A DNA stretch of 64,000 nucleotides from the NCBI GenBank assembly GCA_028286605.1, contig JAQBRE010000003.1, positions 17,275 to 81,274 on the forward strand, read 5' to 3'. Position numbers and translations under genes: made by a program. Positions 47,563-57,789 of this stretch are shown here, one piece after another (within the stretch, counting starts at the first letter, position 1; each line of letters opens with the position of its first letter). The stretch comes from Parcubacteria group bacterium. GTDB lineage: Bacteria > Patescibacteriota > Minisyncoccia > Phycocordibacterales > Phycocordibacteraceae. The notes under the pieces were generated by a model that was not told where the DNA came from, made no database searches, and saw only the letters and a program-made list of their open reading frames with translations.

Positions 47563-49227
47563 ATGTTCGGCAAACGCAGATATCAAGATCCAGAACTCAA
47601 TCCGGATGAGATATTTCTCGACGCATCTAACCTGCCTGAATTCAATCAGAACAGTCTTGAGGGGAGGCTTGAAAAGCCCGTTGCACGTACCACCTACCTC
47701 GGTTTAGGTATTTTCGTATTCTTTATCTTCAGTGCGCTCGTGGCGCAGGCGGCGAATCTCGAACTCGTGAAGGGAAGTACCTATGCCACGCAAAGCGAGA
47801 AGAATCGCCTACGCCCCGATGTGCTGTTCGCACAACGTGGTGCGATTCTCGATCGTAACGGCGTACCGCTCGTATCGAACATACAGGCGAATGATGGTAG
47901 CACGAAGCGCACCTACGCGACGCCTGGCTTCGGCCATCTTCTTGGCTACGTTTCATATCCGAAGAAGGACTCAACCGGTAACTATTATGATACGGATATT
48001 ACCGGTCTTGCCGGTGTCGAATCCGCATTCAACAGCACGCTCGCCGGAAAGAACGGCACGCTTCTGGTGGAAGAAGATGCGCTTGGCCACGTGCAGAGCC
48101 AAGGGACGGTGCAGCCAACCGTGAACGGAACGCCGCTCACGCTCTCTGTTGATTCGCGCGCGCAGACCGCGTTCTATAACGCGATCAAGACGACCGCAGA
48201 CAAGATTCCGTTCCAGGGCGGGGCAGGCATCCTTATGAATATTGATACGGGTGAAATCGTCGCGATGACATCGTATCCGGAATATGATCCGAACGTTCTT
48301 TCAAGCGGAGGGCCAAGCGACGTGATTGCCGGATACAGCACGGACCCGCGTCAGCCATACCTTGATCGCCCGGTGAATGGTCTCTATACGCCAGGCTCTG
48401 TTGTGAAGCCGCTTGAGGCTTCCGGTGCGCTCACAGACGGCGTCATAACACCGGAGACGGTCATCACTTCAACTGGCTCCATTTCAGTACCGAACCCGTA
48501 TGACGCTGCGCATCCGAACGTGTTCAAAGACTGGAAGGTGCTTGGTCCGCTTACCGTGCGCACGGGTATCGCGTATTCTTCTGACGTTTTCTTCTACACG
48601 GTGGGCGGAGGCTTCGGCCCTATAAAAGGTCTCGGTATCGATCGTTTGGATTACTGGTTCCAGCAATTCGGTCTCACCACCCCGACTGGTATCCAACTTG
48701 CAGGTGAGAAGACTGGTTTCTTGCCGACACCCGCGTGGAAGCTCTCTACGACAGGTGGAAAATGGAATATCGGCGACACGTACCATACTGCTATCGGTCA
48801 GTATGCCGTTCAGATTACGCCACTTGAAGAAGCGCGTGCGATCGCCGCAGTCGCTAATGGCGGCAACCTGGTTCAACCGACGCTCCTTAAGAATCCGACG
48901 GTCGTAAGCACGAAAGTGCCGGTAAGTGCTGCAGATCTTGAAATCGTACGAGAGGGCATGCGACTCGGCGCAACTGAAGGAACGTCAGTCGGTCTCAACG
49001 ATCTTTCCTTCGTGAATGTGGCAGGCAAGACCGGTACGGCGCAGCTCGGTTTTCACAACGAGTATTACAACTCATGGGCGGTCGGCTTCTTCCCGTACGA
49101 GCATCCGAAGTATGTATACGTCGTCGTTATGGAGAAAGGCCCTGCAGGGAACGCGATCGGCGGTATCTATGTTATCCACCAATTCCTCACTGCGCTTCAC
49201 TCTGTCGCGCCCGAATATTTCCAATAG
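47563..49227 (+). CDS. mrdA: class B penicillin-binding protein (PBP2-like)
   Basis: RGAILDRNG, PGSVVK, SSD, KTGTAQ; mre context. Confidence 0.88.
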   Translation: MFGKRRYQDPELNPDEIFLDASNLPEFNQNSLEGRLEKPVARTTYLGLGIFVFFIFSALVAQAANLELVKGSTYATQSEKNRLRPDVLFAQRGAILDRNGVPLVSNIQANDGSTKRTYATPGFGHLLGYVSYPKKDSTGNYYDTDITGLAGVESAFNSTLAGKNGTLLVEEDALGHVQSQGTVQPTVNGTPLTLSVDSRAQTAFYNAIKTTADKIPFQGGAGILMNIDTGEIVAMTSYPEYDPNVLSSGGPSDVIAGYSTDPRQPYLDRPVNGLYTPGSVVKPLEASGALTDGVITPETVITSTGSISVPNPYDAAHPNVFKDWKVLGPLTVRTGIAYSSDVFFYTVGGGFGPIKGLGIDRLDYWFQQFGLTTPTGIQLAGEKTGFLPTPAWKLSTTGGKWNIGDTYHTAIGQYAVQITPLEEARAIAAVANGGNLVQPTLLKNPTVVSTKVPVSAADLEIVREGMRLGATEGTSVGLNDLSFVNVAGKTGTAQLGFHNEYYNSWAVGFFPYEHPKYVYVVVMEKGPAGNAIGGIYVIHQFLTALHSVAPEYFQ

Positions 49228-49295
49228 TCTATCTTCAGGAATATTTTAACTTTTGTTTAAGACTCCTTGAACACCTTTTTGCTACCGTACTTACA

Positions 49296-49362
49296 GCTGG
49301 CGGTCTGCTGACGGAGGTGGCCTGATATCCAATCTTCAGGGGCGCAATTCCCCTCGCCAGCA
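49296..49362 (+). ncRNA. tRNA-like RNA 2 (no canonical anticodon arm)
   Basis: GCTGGCG/CGCCAGC-A acceptor stem, AGGGG-CGCAATT-CCCCT T-arm; 67 nt; paralog of 14076-14146. Confidence 0.65.
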
Positions 49363-49417
49363 CAATTGTTCTAACTTTCCTGTTGACGAAGATTTTACCA
49401 AAGAGTATTATTCAAAG

Positions 49418-49482
49418 GTCAGGTCTTCTCGTCATCAGACGGAGGTTGGAGAGAAAAACGGCCGAAAGGCCGTTTTTCTTTT
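49418..49482 (+). ncRNA. putative small RNA 2 (partner of tRNA-like RNA 2)
   Basis: TTGACG (49383)-17-TATTAT (49406) promoter; hairpin; terminator GAAAAACGGCCGAAAGGCCGTTTTTC. Confidence 0.6.
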
Positions 49483-49538
49483 GTATTGACGCGCCAGAGG
49501 GGCCACGTACAATACAGGTACTTCAACTTAATATTTAC

Positions 49539-50012
49539 ATGATGACTGAACAGGAAACGATGGTCAGCCAGGAGAAGTTCGATGAGATGGTAAAGGAGCT
49601 CGACAACCTTAAGACTGTCCGTCGCACGGAAATCGCGAAGAATCTTGAATACGCTCGCTCGCTCGGAGACCTCTCCGAGAACGCGGAGTATCAGGAGGCG
49701 CGTGATCTTCAGGCAGCGACAGAAGAACGCATCCGCAAGCTCGAAGAATTAGTTAAGCGCGCGAAGATCGTTACGGATGGAAAGAAGAAGGATGTCGTCG
49801 GCTTCGGCTCGATTATCGTCATCAAGAAAGATGGCGGTAATGATGTGCACGAATACACGATCGTCGGTTCAGAAGAAGCAGACATGCGTGCGCACAAGCT
49901 TTCGCACGTATCGCCGCTCGGCGCTGCGCTCATGGGCAAGAAGAAGGGAGATCAGTTCACCTTCGAGACGCCTAACGGCAAGCAGACGTATCACGTAGAG
50001 AAAGTCGCATAA
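49539..50012 (+). CDS. greA: transcription elongation factor GreA
   Basis: GDLSENAEY, SPLGAALMGK. Confidence 0.96.
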   Translation: MMTEQETMVSQEKFDEMVKELDNLKTVRRTEIAKNLEYARSLGDLSENAEYQEARDLQAATEERIRKLEELVKRAKIVTDGKKKDVVGFGSIIVIKKDGGNDVHEYTIVGSEEADMRAHKLSHVSPLGAALMGKKKGDQFTFETPNGKQTYHVEKVA

Positions 50013-50102
50013 CGAAGGTAAATAGACGCAAAAGGAAAGACCCCGCGAAGCGGGGTCTTTCCTAATCTCACAATTGGCCAGGTATGCTAGTCTGGAGGAT
50101 AT

Positions 50103-51575
50103 ATGGCAGACACAGAAACGATCCGGAAAGAAAGGCTGACGAAGATAGAAAAGCTGAAGGAAGCAGGCATGGAAGCCTATCCGACCAGCTCGAACCGTTC
50201 GCACACGATAGGGGATTTCATACATAAGCACCAGGCGCTTGAGCGCGAGCATGCGCTTATTACGATCGCAGGACGCATCATGAGTATTCGCGACCAAGGC
50301 GGTGTGATGTTCGCAGACCTCTTCGACGGCACTGAAAAGACACAGGTAGTACTGCAGCAGGATGCAGACATGAAACCAGAGCAGTTCGACCTGTTCAAAG
50401 AAGCGGTCGACACGGGAGACATCATCGAGGTCGCCGGCTTCGCCTTCACTACCAAGCGCGGCATGCGTTCGCTGCAGGCGTCCCGCTGGAATATGCTTGC
50501 GAAGTCTCTTCTTCCGGTGCCGGATGAATTCTATGGCATCAAGGATGAAGACGAACGCTTCCGAAAGCGATACCTCGACATTCTTCTTTCGAAAGAAACA
50601 GCAGACCGCATCCGTCGTCGTTCGGCATTCTGGAATACGGCGCGTACCTATCTTCTTAAGAAAGGATTCGTTGAAGTCGAGACGCCCGTGCTTGAAACCA
50701 CGACCGGCGGTGCCGACGCGCGCCCGTTCGTCACGCATCACAACGCGCTCGATATCGATGTGTATCTCCGTATCTCTGCAGGCGAACTATGGCAGAAGCG
50801 TTTGATGGTTGCCGGACTCCCGAAAGTATTCGAGATCGGCCGCATCTTCCGCAATGAAGGCATGTCTTTCGAACACGCGCAGGACTACACGCAGCTTGAA
50901 TTCTACGAGGCATTCGAAGATTACAATCATGGCATGCAGATGATTACGGATATGTATCGTACGATCGCGGACGAAGTGTATGGAACACGTGTATTCACGA
51001 TACGTGATATGGAAGTGGATCTGGGAGCTGCGTGGGAGACCTATGATTACTGCGCGCTTATCAAAGACGCCTACGGAATCGATCCTCTTGATACGGATGA
51101 AAAGGCGGTGGCGAACGCCATGAAGGATGCAGGTATAACTGTGCCTGCAGATGGCTTCAACAAGGAACGCGGTATCGACCTGCTGTGGAAGCAGATTCGC
51201 AAAACTCTCACCGGCCCTGGCTTCCTTATCGGCGTTCCTGCGTATATGGAGCCTCTTGCAAAACGAAGCAAGGAAGATGCGCGTGTGGTTGAACGATTTC
51301 AGCCTATTATCGCCGGTTCAGAAATCGGGAAGGGCTTTACCGAATTGAATGACCCGATTGATCAGGCAGGCCGCTTCGCGCATCAGCAGGAACTACGTGA
51401 AGCTGGGGACGACGAAGCGCAGATGAATGATACGGATTACGTAGAAGCGCTTGAATACGGCATGCCACCAGCCTTCGGCTTCGGCGTTTCCGAGCGCCTC
51501 TTCAGCGTGCTAGAAGGCGTCTCTATCCGCGAGGGACAAATATTCCCGCTCATGCGTCCGCGAAGTGATTCGTAA
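50103..51575 (+). CDS. lysS: lysine--tRNA ligase (class II)
   Basis: EVETP, GGADARPFVTHHN, FRNEG, YGMPP. Confidence 0.97.
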   Translation: MADTETIRKERLTKIEKLKEAGMEAYPTSSNRSHTIGDFIHKHQALEREHALITIAGRIMSIRDQGGVMFADLFDGTEKTQVVLQQDADMKPEQFDLFKEAVDTGDIIEVAGFAFTTKRGMRSLQASRWNMLAKSLLPVPDEFYGIKDEDERFRKRYLDILLSKETADRIRRRSAFWNTARTYLLKKGFVEVETPVLETTTGGADARPFVTHHNALDIDVYLRISAGELWQKRLMVAGLPKVFEIGRIFRNEGMSFEHAQDYTQLEFYEAFEDYNHGMQMITDMYRTIADEVYGTRVFTIRDMEVDLGAAWETYDYCALIKDAYGIDPLDTDEKAVANAMKDAGITVPADGFNKERGIDLLWKQIRKTLTGPGFLIGVPAYMEPLAKRSKEDARVVERFQPIIAGSEIGKGFTELNDPIDQAGRFAHQQELREAGDDEAQMNDTDYVEALEYGMPPAFGFGVSERLFSVLEGVSIREGQIFPLMRPRSDS

Positions 51576-51635
51576 GCAGAAATAAAGAAAAAGCGACCCC
51601 TTCTTAGGGGCCGCTTCGCTTTAGAACAAGATGCT

Positions 51636-52127
51636 TCAGCCGACGAACTGTTCGCGTTCGCGCCGTGCAGCCCGTCCGTATTTGCGTTTCGGGCGCTGCT
51701 TCGGCGGCGGATGCCATCCGCCGCATTTACGTTGCAGATCGAGCAACGCAAGCTCGATGCAGTATTTTCCCGTTTCGGGGTCCATACGCGTGATATCTGC
51801 GTCGGGATTGAATGCGATCTGGAGCCTTGACGAGCGCGCCCAGATTGGCAGACATTCACCTAGCTTCGTCCGGCACTCTGGAGTTGCAATGTACCGGAAG
51901 TATCGGCTCGGGTACGTTATCTGCTTCGTCGTGAAGATCGAGACCGTTTTTGAAGGGGCACAGGGTGGCTCTCTGCCACGGATAATTTCAAGCCCTGCAT
52001 GATCACCTGCGCAGTCGCGCATGCCGAGATCTTTGAATTGAGCCTCGAGCGTCGCTCCAAGCCTTCCGAACAGCATATGTGCCGTGGCATCCGTGTCACG
52101 CAGCGAATAGATAACAGGTTCGAACAT
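51636..52127 (-). CDS. hypothetical protein (ORFan)
   Basis: AGGGAG RBS; terminator after stop. Confidence 0.65.
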   Translation of the reverse strand: MFEPVIYSLRDTDATAHMLFGRLGATLEAQFKDLGMRDCAGDHAGLEIIRGREPPCAPSKTVSIFTTKQITYPSRYFRYIATPECRTKLGECLPIWARSSRLQIAFNPDADITRMDPETGKYCIELALLDLQRKCGGWHPPPKQRPKRKYGRAARREREQFVG

Positions 52128-52369
52128 TATTTTCTCCCTTTTTCTGGTTTATGTGAAAGAACAAACAGAAGAGTCCTCGACTGGAAGGTCAAGGACTCAA
52201 TTCAAGTTTCTTCGTGGAGTGTAATTACTTCGCAGAAACCTCAGTTGAAACCTCGACCGGTATTAGGCCGAAGACATACTTTAGGATCCAGCGAGTAATC
52301 TGAGCTGACATAAGAATATTGTACATCTCACATGTGGTGTTCGTCAAAGAGTAAAAATACCTTGGTTTC

Positions 52370-52436
52370 TGGGGATAAATGGGGGCTTGTGGGGGGGAAG
52401 TGTCATATACTTGTGTATAAGTGGGATGAAGTGGGA
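52370..52436 (+). promoter_or_regulatory. MraZ operator-like TGGG direct repeats
   Basis: TGGGG at 52370, 52380, 52390 and GTGGGA at 52421, 52431 (10-bp period) upstream of mraZ. Confidence 0.75.
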
Positions 52437-52475
52437 TTTAGCCCATTCACTTCAATCCGCTGCTACTTACCTACA

Positions 52476-52895
52476 ATGTTCATCGGAGAATATCGTCATA
52501 CATTCGATGCGAAGAATCGCATCTCTCTTCCGGCAAAGTTCCGGAAAGAACTTGGCGGCTCCGTTATCATTACGCGCGGCCTCGATCACTGTCTCTTCGT
52601 GTATCCGAAGATGGCGTGGAAGAAAGAAGCGGCGAAGCTGGCAGCACACTCCACAGGAAGCGCCGCAGGACGCGGACTCTCTCGCCTTATGCTCGCCGGC
52701 GCTAACGAAGCGGAACTCGATTCCGCTGGTCGTGTGCTCGTACCCGATTATCTGAAGAGCTTCGGCGGCCTTACCGTGAAGAGCGTCATCGCAGGGGTGA
52801 ACGAGCGTTTAGAGATATGGGATGAGGCAGCATGGGATACCTATACGAAGGAGATAGAAGCTAAAGCGGATGAACTCGCGGAATCGCTTGCATAA
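52476..52895 (+). CDS. mraZ: division/cell wall cluster regulator MraZ
   Basis: MFIGEY.HTFDAKNRISLP, DSAGRVLVP. Confidence 0.96.
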   Translation: MFIGEYRHTFDAKNRISLPAKFRKELGGSVIITRGLDHCLFVYPKMAWKKEAAKLAAHSTGSAAGRGLSRLMLAGANEAELDSAGRVLVPDYLKSFGGLTVKSVIAGVNERLEIWDEAAWDTYTKEIEAKADELAESLA

Positions 52896-52899
52896 GGAT

Positions 52900-53844
52900 A
52901 TGGAACAGTCTCACGAAAGCGTCCTTCTGAATGAGTGTCTGGAAAGCCTCGATATACAGCCGAATGACATCGTTGTTGATGCGACCATCGGCGGGGCAGG
53001 GCACTTCCGTGCCTTACTTGAACGTCTCGGTAGCGAAGGTATGCTGATCGGCATCGATGCGGATGAAGACGCTATCGAACGTGCGGCGAAGGTCGAGCAT
53101 GCCTCCGGCGTGCAGGTGCATCTCGTACACGACAACTTCCGTAACCTCGATGCGATTCTCGAGCACGAAAGCATCGAGCATATCGACAAGGCGCTCTTCG
53201 ATCTTGGCTGGAGCAGTTTCCATCTTACGAGCGGACGTGGCTTCTCATTCCGTGCCGACGAACCTTTGTATATGACCTACGGAAGCCCTGAAGAAGGGAA
53301 GACGGCTGCAGACCTCATTAACTCTGCGACAGAAGAAGAACTCTCAGACATCATCTTTACGTACGGAGAAGAACGTTTCGCGCGCGGCATCGCGAAATCT
53401 ATCGTTACGACGCGCCGCCAGTCTCCGATACTCACCACCACCGAGCTTGCAGAAGCCGTTACGAACGGCGTACCAGGCTGGTATCAGCATCGCCGCCTGC
53501 ATCCTGCGACGAAGACCTTCCAGGCGCTTCGTATCGCGGTGAATGATGAGCTCGGCGCGCTGCGCGCCGGCCTGGCTTCGGCGCTGTCGCGCCTCGCCCC
53601 GGGCGGCCGTGTTGCGGTCATAACCTTCCACAGTATCGAGGATCGCATCGTCAAAGGGATGTTCCGTGATGCGGTGTATCAGGGAAGCGGACGCCTCGTT
53701 AACAAGAAGCCGCTCGTCCCCGGCGACGCTGAATCGATGCGGAACCCTCGTTCACGAAGCGCGAAGCTTCGTGTCTTCGAACGCTGCACGAATCTGGAGT
53801 CCTGTGCGCCCGTGTTCGATCATGCCGCCTTATCCGTCGCGTAA
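52900..53844 (+). CDS. rsmH: 16S rRNA m4C1402 methyltransferase
   Basis: HESVLLNE, DATIGGAGH, DLGWSS, FHSIEDR, NPRSRSAKLR. Confidence 0.96.
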   Translation: MEQSHESVLLNECLESLDIQPNDIVVDATIGGAGHFRALLERLGSEGMLIGIDADEDAIERAAKVEHASGVQVHLVHDNFRNLDAILEHESIEHIDKALFDLGWSSFHLTSGRGFSFRADEPLYMTYGSPEEGKTAADLINSATEEELSDIIFTYGEERFARGIAKSIVTTRRQSPILTTTELAEAVTNGVPGWYQHRRLHPATKTFQALRIAVNDELGALRAGLASALSRLAPGGRVAVITFHSIEDRIVKGMFRDAVYQGSGRLVNKKPLVPGDAESMRNPRSRSAKLRVFERCTNLESCAPVFDHAALSVA

Positions 53845-53854
53845 TTTTATTTGT

Positions 53855-54169
53855 ATGTCTACCATGTCACTCGTCCCCGCAATGCCCAGCCGCACCATTC
53901 CGGTCCTTTCTTTCGCCGTCGGCGTGATGCTTCTTGCATACATGGCACTTGTGGTAACGACCATCGTGTTCGCGACATGGCAGACAGATGCGATGAGTTC
54001 GATAAGCGACGCGCAGGCATCAATCGGCACGCTCGAGGCGCAGTACTACGCATCCATCGGCACGCTCGACTCCACCGACCCGGCGACGCTCGGTTTCGTT
54101 CAGCCATCGCAGGTTGAATACGTCGCTGCCTCGAACCTGCCGGACAACCTGACGTTCGCCGGCAACTAA
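53855..54169 (+). CDS. FtsL-like bitopic protein
   Basis: Lies between rsmH and ftsI; single TM plus helix. Confidence 0.65.
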   Translation: MSTMSLVPAMPSRTIPVLSFAVGVMLLAYMALVVTTIVFATWQTDAMSSISDAQASIGTLEAQYYASIGTLDSTDPATLGFVQPSQVEYVAASNLPDNLTFAGN

Positions 54170-54170
54170 T

Positions 54171-55904
54171 ATGCGTCGGGCGTTCAGATGGCGGCTTCGT
54201 ATCGTTTCTGGCGCTATCGTTCTGCTCGCTCTGCTTCTGGTGGTGCGTCTCTATTTCGTACAGATCGTGCATGCGCAAGAATATTCCTTACGTGCGGAGC
54301 GTCAGTATGTGAGTTCGAGTCAGCAGCTGTATGATCGCGGCTCTATCCTATTCACTCGTAAGGATGGCGCGTATCTTTCTGCCGCAACGGTTGCCGACGG
54401 ATTCCTTATCGCGATTGATCCGGAAATGCTCAAGGATAAGGACGCTGCGTATCAGGCTATCGTTGCCGTTGAACCATCAATTAATCATGACGCATTTTAT
54501 GCTTCTGCGTCGAAGACGACGGACCCGTACGAAGTGATAACGCACCACGTAAGCGACGAAGCCGGCCGTGCGCTTGATGTGAAGAATATCCCTGGCATCA
54601 TCGTCGAACGAGAGCGCTGGCGCGTGTACCCCGCAGGCGCAGAAGGGGCGCAGACGATCGGCTTCACCGGATATAACAACGACGGCGTAACGATTTCAGG
54701 CCGCTACGGCTTGGAGCGTTACTACGATTCTGTATTGCAGGAACCTGGTAATGGCGTGTTCGGAAACTTCTTCGCAGAACTCTTCGCGAACCTTGATAAT
54801 GTGGTGGTTGATGCGAGTGCCACGCGCGAAGGGGACGTCATCACCTCTATCGAACCTATCGTGCAGGAGAAGCTGGATCAGGATCTGAAAGCGGTGAATA
54901 CGCAGTACAGCAGTCAGCTGACGGGCGGCATCATCATGGATCCTTCAACGGGCCAGATAATCGCGATGGATACCTATCCTTCCTTCGATGCGAACAATTT
55001 CAAAGATGCGAATGTTGATGTTTTCGATAATCCGCTCGTGAGTAGCCGGTACGAGTTCGGTTCTATCTTTAAGATACTCACCATGACGACGGGCCTCGAT
55101 ACGGGAGCGATTCAGCCGGATAGTACATACAACGATACCGGCTGTATCGAAGTGAATAAGTCGCGCATCTGTAACTATGACCTCGCCGCGCGCGGCGTAA
55201 TTCCGATGCAGCAGATTCTCTCACAGTCGCTGAATGTGGGCGCTTCGTACATCGCGACGAAAGTCGGGCATGATAACTTCCGCAAGTATTTTACGAACCT
55301 TGATCTCGGGCAGAAAACTGGCATCGACTTGCCGAGCGAAATCTCCGGCAACATCGCGAACCTCAATAGCCCGCGCGACGTTGAGTATGACACCGCATCA
55401 TTCGGTCAGGGAATCGCAACGACGCCGGTAGAAACTATCCGTGCGCTTTCAGCAGTTGCAAACCATGGAGCCATCGTTACGCCGCATATTGCCACGGCGA
55501 TTCGATTGCAATCTGGCGTGGTGAAGACTCTCACATACCCAGGGCCGATACAAGTGTTCAAGCCGCAATCTACGGATGAAGTGACGAAAATGCTTACATA
55601 CGTTGTCGATAACAATCTTGCGAACGGAAAAGACAAGATTCCTGAGATGAGCGTAGCTGCAAAGACCGGTACGGCGCAGATAGCCGGCCCTGATGGCAAG
55701 TACATTCCAGGCGCCGTGTACTTCCACTCCTTCTTCGGCTATTTCCCAGCCACGGAACCGAAGTTCACGATCCTCCTGTACACGGTGAAGCCGCAGGGTG
55801 TAGAGTATGCCTCCGGAACGCTCACAGCGACCTTCATCGATATGACCCACTTCCTGATCAATTATTACGACGTCCCGCCAGACCGAGCCACGTATACTCA
55901 ATAG
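54171..55904 (+). CDS. ftsI: class B penicillin-binding protein (FtsI-like)
   Basis: DRGSI, GSIFK, SLN, KTGTAQ; dcw context. Confidence 0.88.
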   Translation: MRRAFRWRLRIVSGAIVLLALLLVVRLYFVQIVHAQEYSLRAERQYVSSSQQLYDRGSILFTRKDGAYLSAATVADGFLIAIDPEMLKDKDAAYQAIVAVEPSINHDAFYASASKTTDPYEVITHHVSDEAGRALDVKNIPGIIVERERWRVYPAGAEGAQTIGFTGYNNDGVTISGRYGLERYYDSVLQEPGNGVFGNFFAELFANLDNVVVDASATREGDVITSIEPIVQEKLDQDLKAVNTQYSSQLTGGIIMDPSTGQIIAMDTYPSFDANNFKDANVDVFDNPLVSSRYEFGSIFKILTMTTGLDTGAIQPDSTYNDTGCIEVNKSRICNYDLAARGVIPMQQILSQSLNVGASYIATKVGHDNFRKYFTNLDLGQKTGIDLPSEISGNIANLNSPRDVEYDTASFGQGIATTPVETIRALSAVANHGAIVTPHIATAIRLQSGVVKTLTYPGPIQVFKPQSTDEVTKMLTYVVDNNLANGKDKIPEMSVAAKTGTAQIAGPDGKYIPGAVYFHSFFGYFPATEPKFTILLYTVKPQGVEYASGTLTATFIDMTHFLINYYDVPPDRATYTQ

Positions 55905-55910
55905 ACGCTT

Positions 55911-57203
55911 ATGAAATCAATCCTTCGCAGCCTGTTCGTTGTAATACTCTCTCTATTGGCCCGCGGCGTCGTGCGGAAATATCGACCAAAGATCGTGATG
56001 ATAACAGGAAGCGTAGGAAAGACTTCAACGAAAGATGCCGTCGCTGCGGCTCTTGCTCAAGGCTTCATGGTGCGAAAAAGTGAGAAGAGCTATAACAGTG
56101 AATTTGGTTTGCCATTCACCATACTTGGTGAGGAGAGTCCTTGGCAAAATCCGTTTGCTTGGCTGAAATTATTTGGTAATGCTCTCGCGCTTCGTTTTCT
56201 TCCAAGCATATATCCGAATATGCTTGTGCTTGAAGTGGGGGCAGACCGTCCTGGTGATTTGGCAAAGATAATGAACATCGCATTGCCGGATGCCGTGGTG
56301 GTAACGCGCCTGCCTGAAGTGCCAGTACACGTGGAAGCGTATGCGACTCCTGCAGCCGTGCGCGAGGAAGAATTCTATCCGGCCTATGCGCTGGATGACG
56401 GCATGCCGCTCATCTTGAATGCAGAAGATGAATATGCAGTTGCCATGAGCGCGCGCCTGCAGGCGCACGTCATTTCGTTCGGCGTTAGTGAGTCCGCTTC
56501 GGCTCGCATCCTCAAACCGAAGCTGCATGTTGAGAACGGCAAGATAAAAGGAATGCAGGCTACTCTTCACATAGAGGGGAAGGAGTGTCCGCTCGACGTG
56601 CCTGGTGTGGTGGGGAATCCGGCGCTCTATGCGCCGGCAGCAGCGCTCGCAACCGCTGTAGCGCTCGGGATGAGCCTTGAAGATGCTTGTATCGGCCTTG
56701 CGGCGTATCAGCCGCCGCCCGGCCGCGCTCGCGTACTGGAAGGAATCAATGGTTCCGTGCTCATAGATGATTCGTATAATTCTTCGCCCGCAGCAACCGA
56801 AGAAGCGCTCGCTTCGCTCGCGCTCATTTCAACAGAACTGAACCTTCGCCGTATCGCCGTACTTGGCGACATGCTCGAACTTGGTCGCTATTCGCACGAA
56901 GAGCATGAGCGTATCGGTACACTCGTTGCAAAGCAGGCTGACGTACTCGTTACGGTGGGTATACGCTCGCGCGGCATCGCAGATGCCGCTAAACTGGCCG
57001 GCATGCCGGAAGATTCCATACGCATGTTCAGTACTTCGGAAGAAGCGGCAGATGAACTCATCACCATTGTTGGGGAAGGAGATGTCGTCCTTATAAAAGG
57101 TTCGCAATCTGTCCGTACCGAACGTATCGTTGAAGCGCTACTCAAAAATCCTGAAGACTCCAACCTGCTCGTTCGTCAGGACATTGAATGGAAGAAACGC
57201 TGA
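55911..57203 (+). CDS. murF: Mur ligase MurF
   Basis: ITGSVGKTSTK, IDDSYNSSP, LGDMLELG, LIKGS. Confidence 0.9.
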   Translation: MKSILRSLFVVILSLLARGVVRKYRPKIVMITGSVGKTSTKDAVAAALAQGFMVRKSEKSYNSEFGLPFTILGEESPWQNPFAWLKLFGNALALRFLPSIYPNMLVLEVGADRPGDLAKIMNIALPDAVVVTRLPEVPVHVEAYATPAAVREEEFYPAYALDDGMPLILNAEDEYAVAMSARLQAHVISFGVSESASARILKPKLHVENGKIKGMQATLHIEGKECPLDVPGVVGNPALYAPAAALATAVALGMSLEDACIGLAAYQPPPGRARVLEGINGSVLIDDSYNSSPAATEEALASLALISTELNLRRIAVLGDMLELGRYSHEEHERIGTLVAKQADVLVTVGIRSRGIADAAKLAGMPEDSIRMFSTSEEAADELITIVGEGDVVLIKGSQSVRTERIVEALLKNPEDSNLLVRQDIEWKKR

Positions 57204-57264
57204 TTCTATACAAAAAAGCACCGTAGGAGTATAGTGCCCATGGTTTAGTACAGGGGAGAATAGA

Positions 57265-57573
57265 ATGGTGAAGCAATATACAAAAGCTCAGAATAACCAC
57301 CAAGCAAACAGAGTGGCCCTGGGTCACGCGCATAGCGCAGAGGAAGCAACTCGCAAGAAGGCACCGGCACCCGCCACCTCATCGCAGGCAGAACGCGAAG
57401 CAGCCTGTAAGGAATACAACTTCAGGTATAGGGGTCGGGTCATCTTCGAAGGCGACCGAGTCCTGTATTCGTCATCGAACAAGTTACTGATGATGGATAT
57501 CTGCTACTCGGGGGCTGTCCCGACAAGATCGCCGCCAATCGCATGCGGCCTGCCACAGAATAATCTTCGCTGA
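57265..57573 (+). CDS. hypothetical protein (ORFan)
   Basis: GGGGAG RBS; hairpin downstream. Confidence 0.5.
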   Translation: MVKQYTKAQNNHQANRVALGHAHSAEEATRKKAPAPATSSQAEREAACKEYNFRYRGRVIFEGDRVLYSSSNKLLMMDICYSGAVPTRSPPIACGLPQNNLR

Positions 57574-57649
57574 ATCGCGATGAAAACAAGGCGCACCCAA
57601 GGGTGCGCCACTTTTCTTACCTCGGTAATTCTGGTATAAACACAAAGAC

Positions 57650-57721
57650 GGCCTCATCGTCTAACGGTTAGGACAGATCCCTCTCACGGATCAAATCGGG
57701 GTTCGATTCCCCGTGGGGTCA
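57650..57721 (+). tRNA. tRNA-Glu(CTC)
   Basis: GGCCTCA/TGGGGTC acceptor, GATCC-CTCTCAC-GGATC anticodon arm, GGTTCGATTCC; CCA not encoded. Confidence 0.96.
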
Positions 57722-57789
57722 CATTTTTGTATATAAAAGAAACCGCCCCGACCTACAGGAAGCCGGTTTGGTTCCTTTGGTCGGTGCGG

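Noticed and set aside
49383-49538. N-terminal extension of greA in the ORF track (likewise mazF from 1910, mraZ from 52332)
   Set aside because: The extensions run through promoters, terminators or operators; downstream ATGs match family starts.
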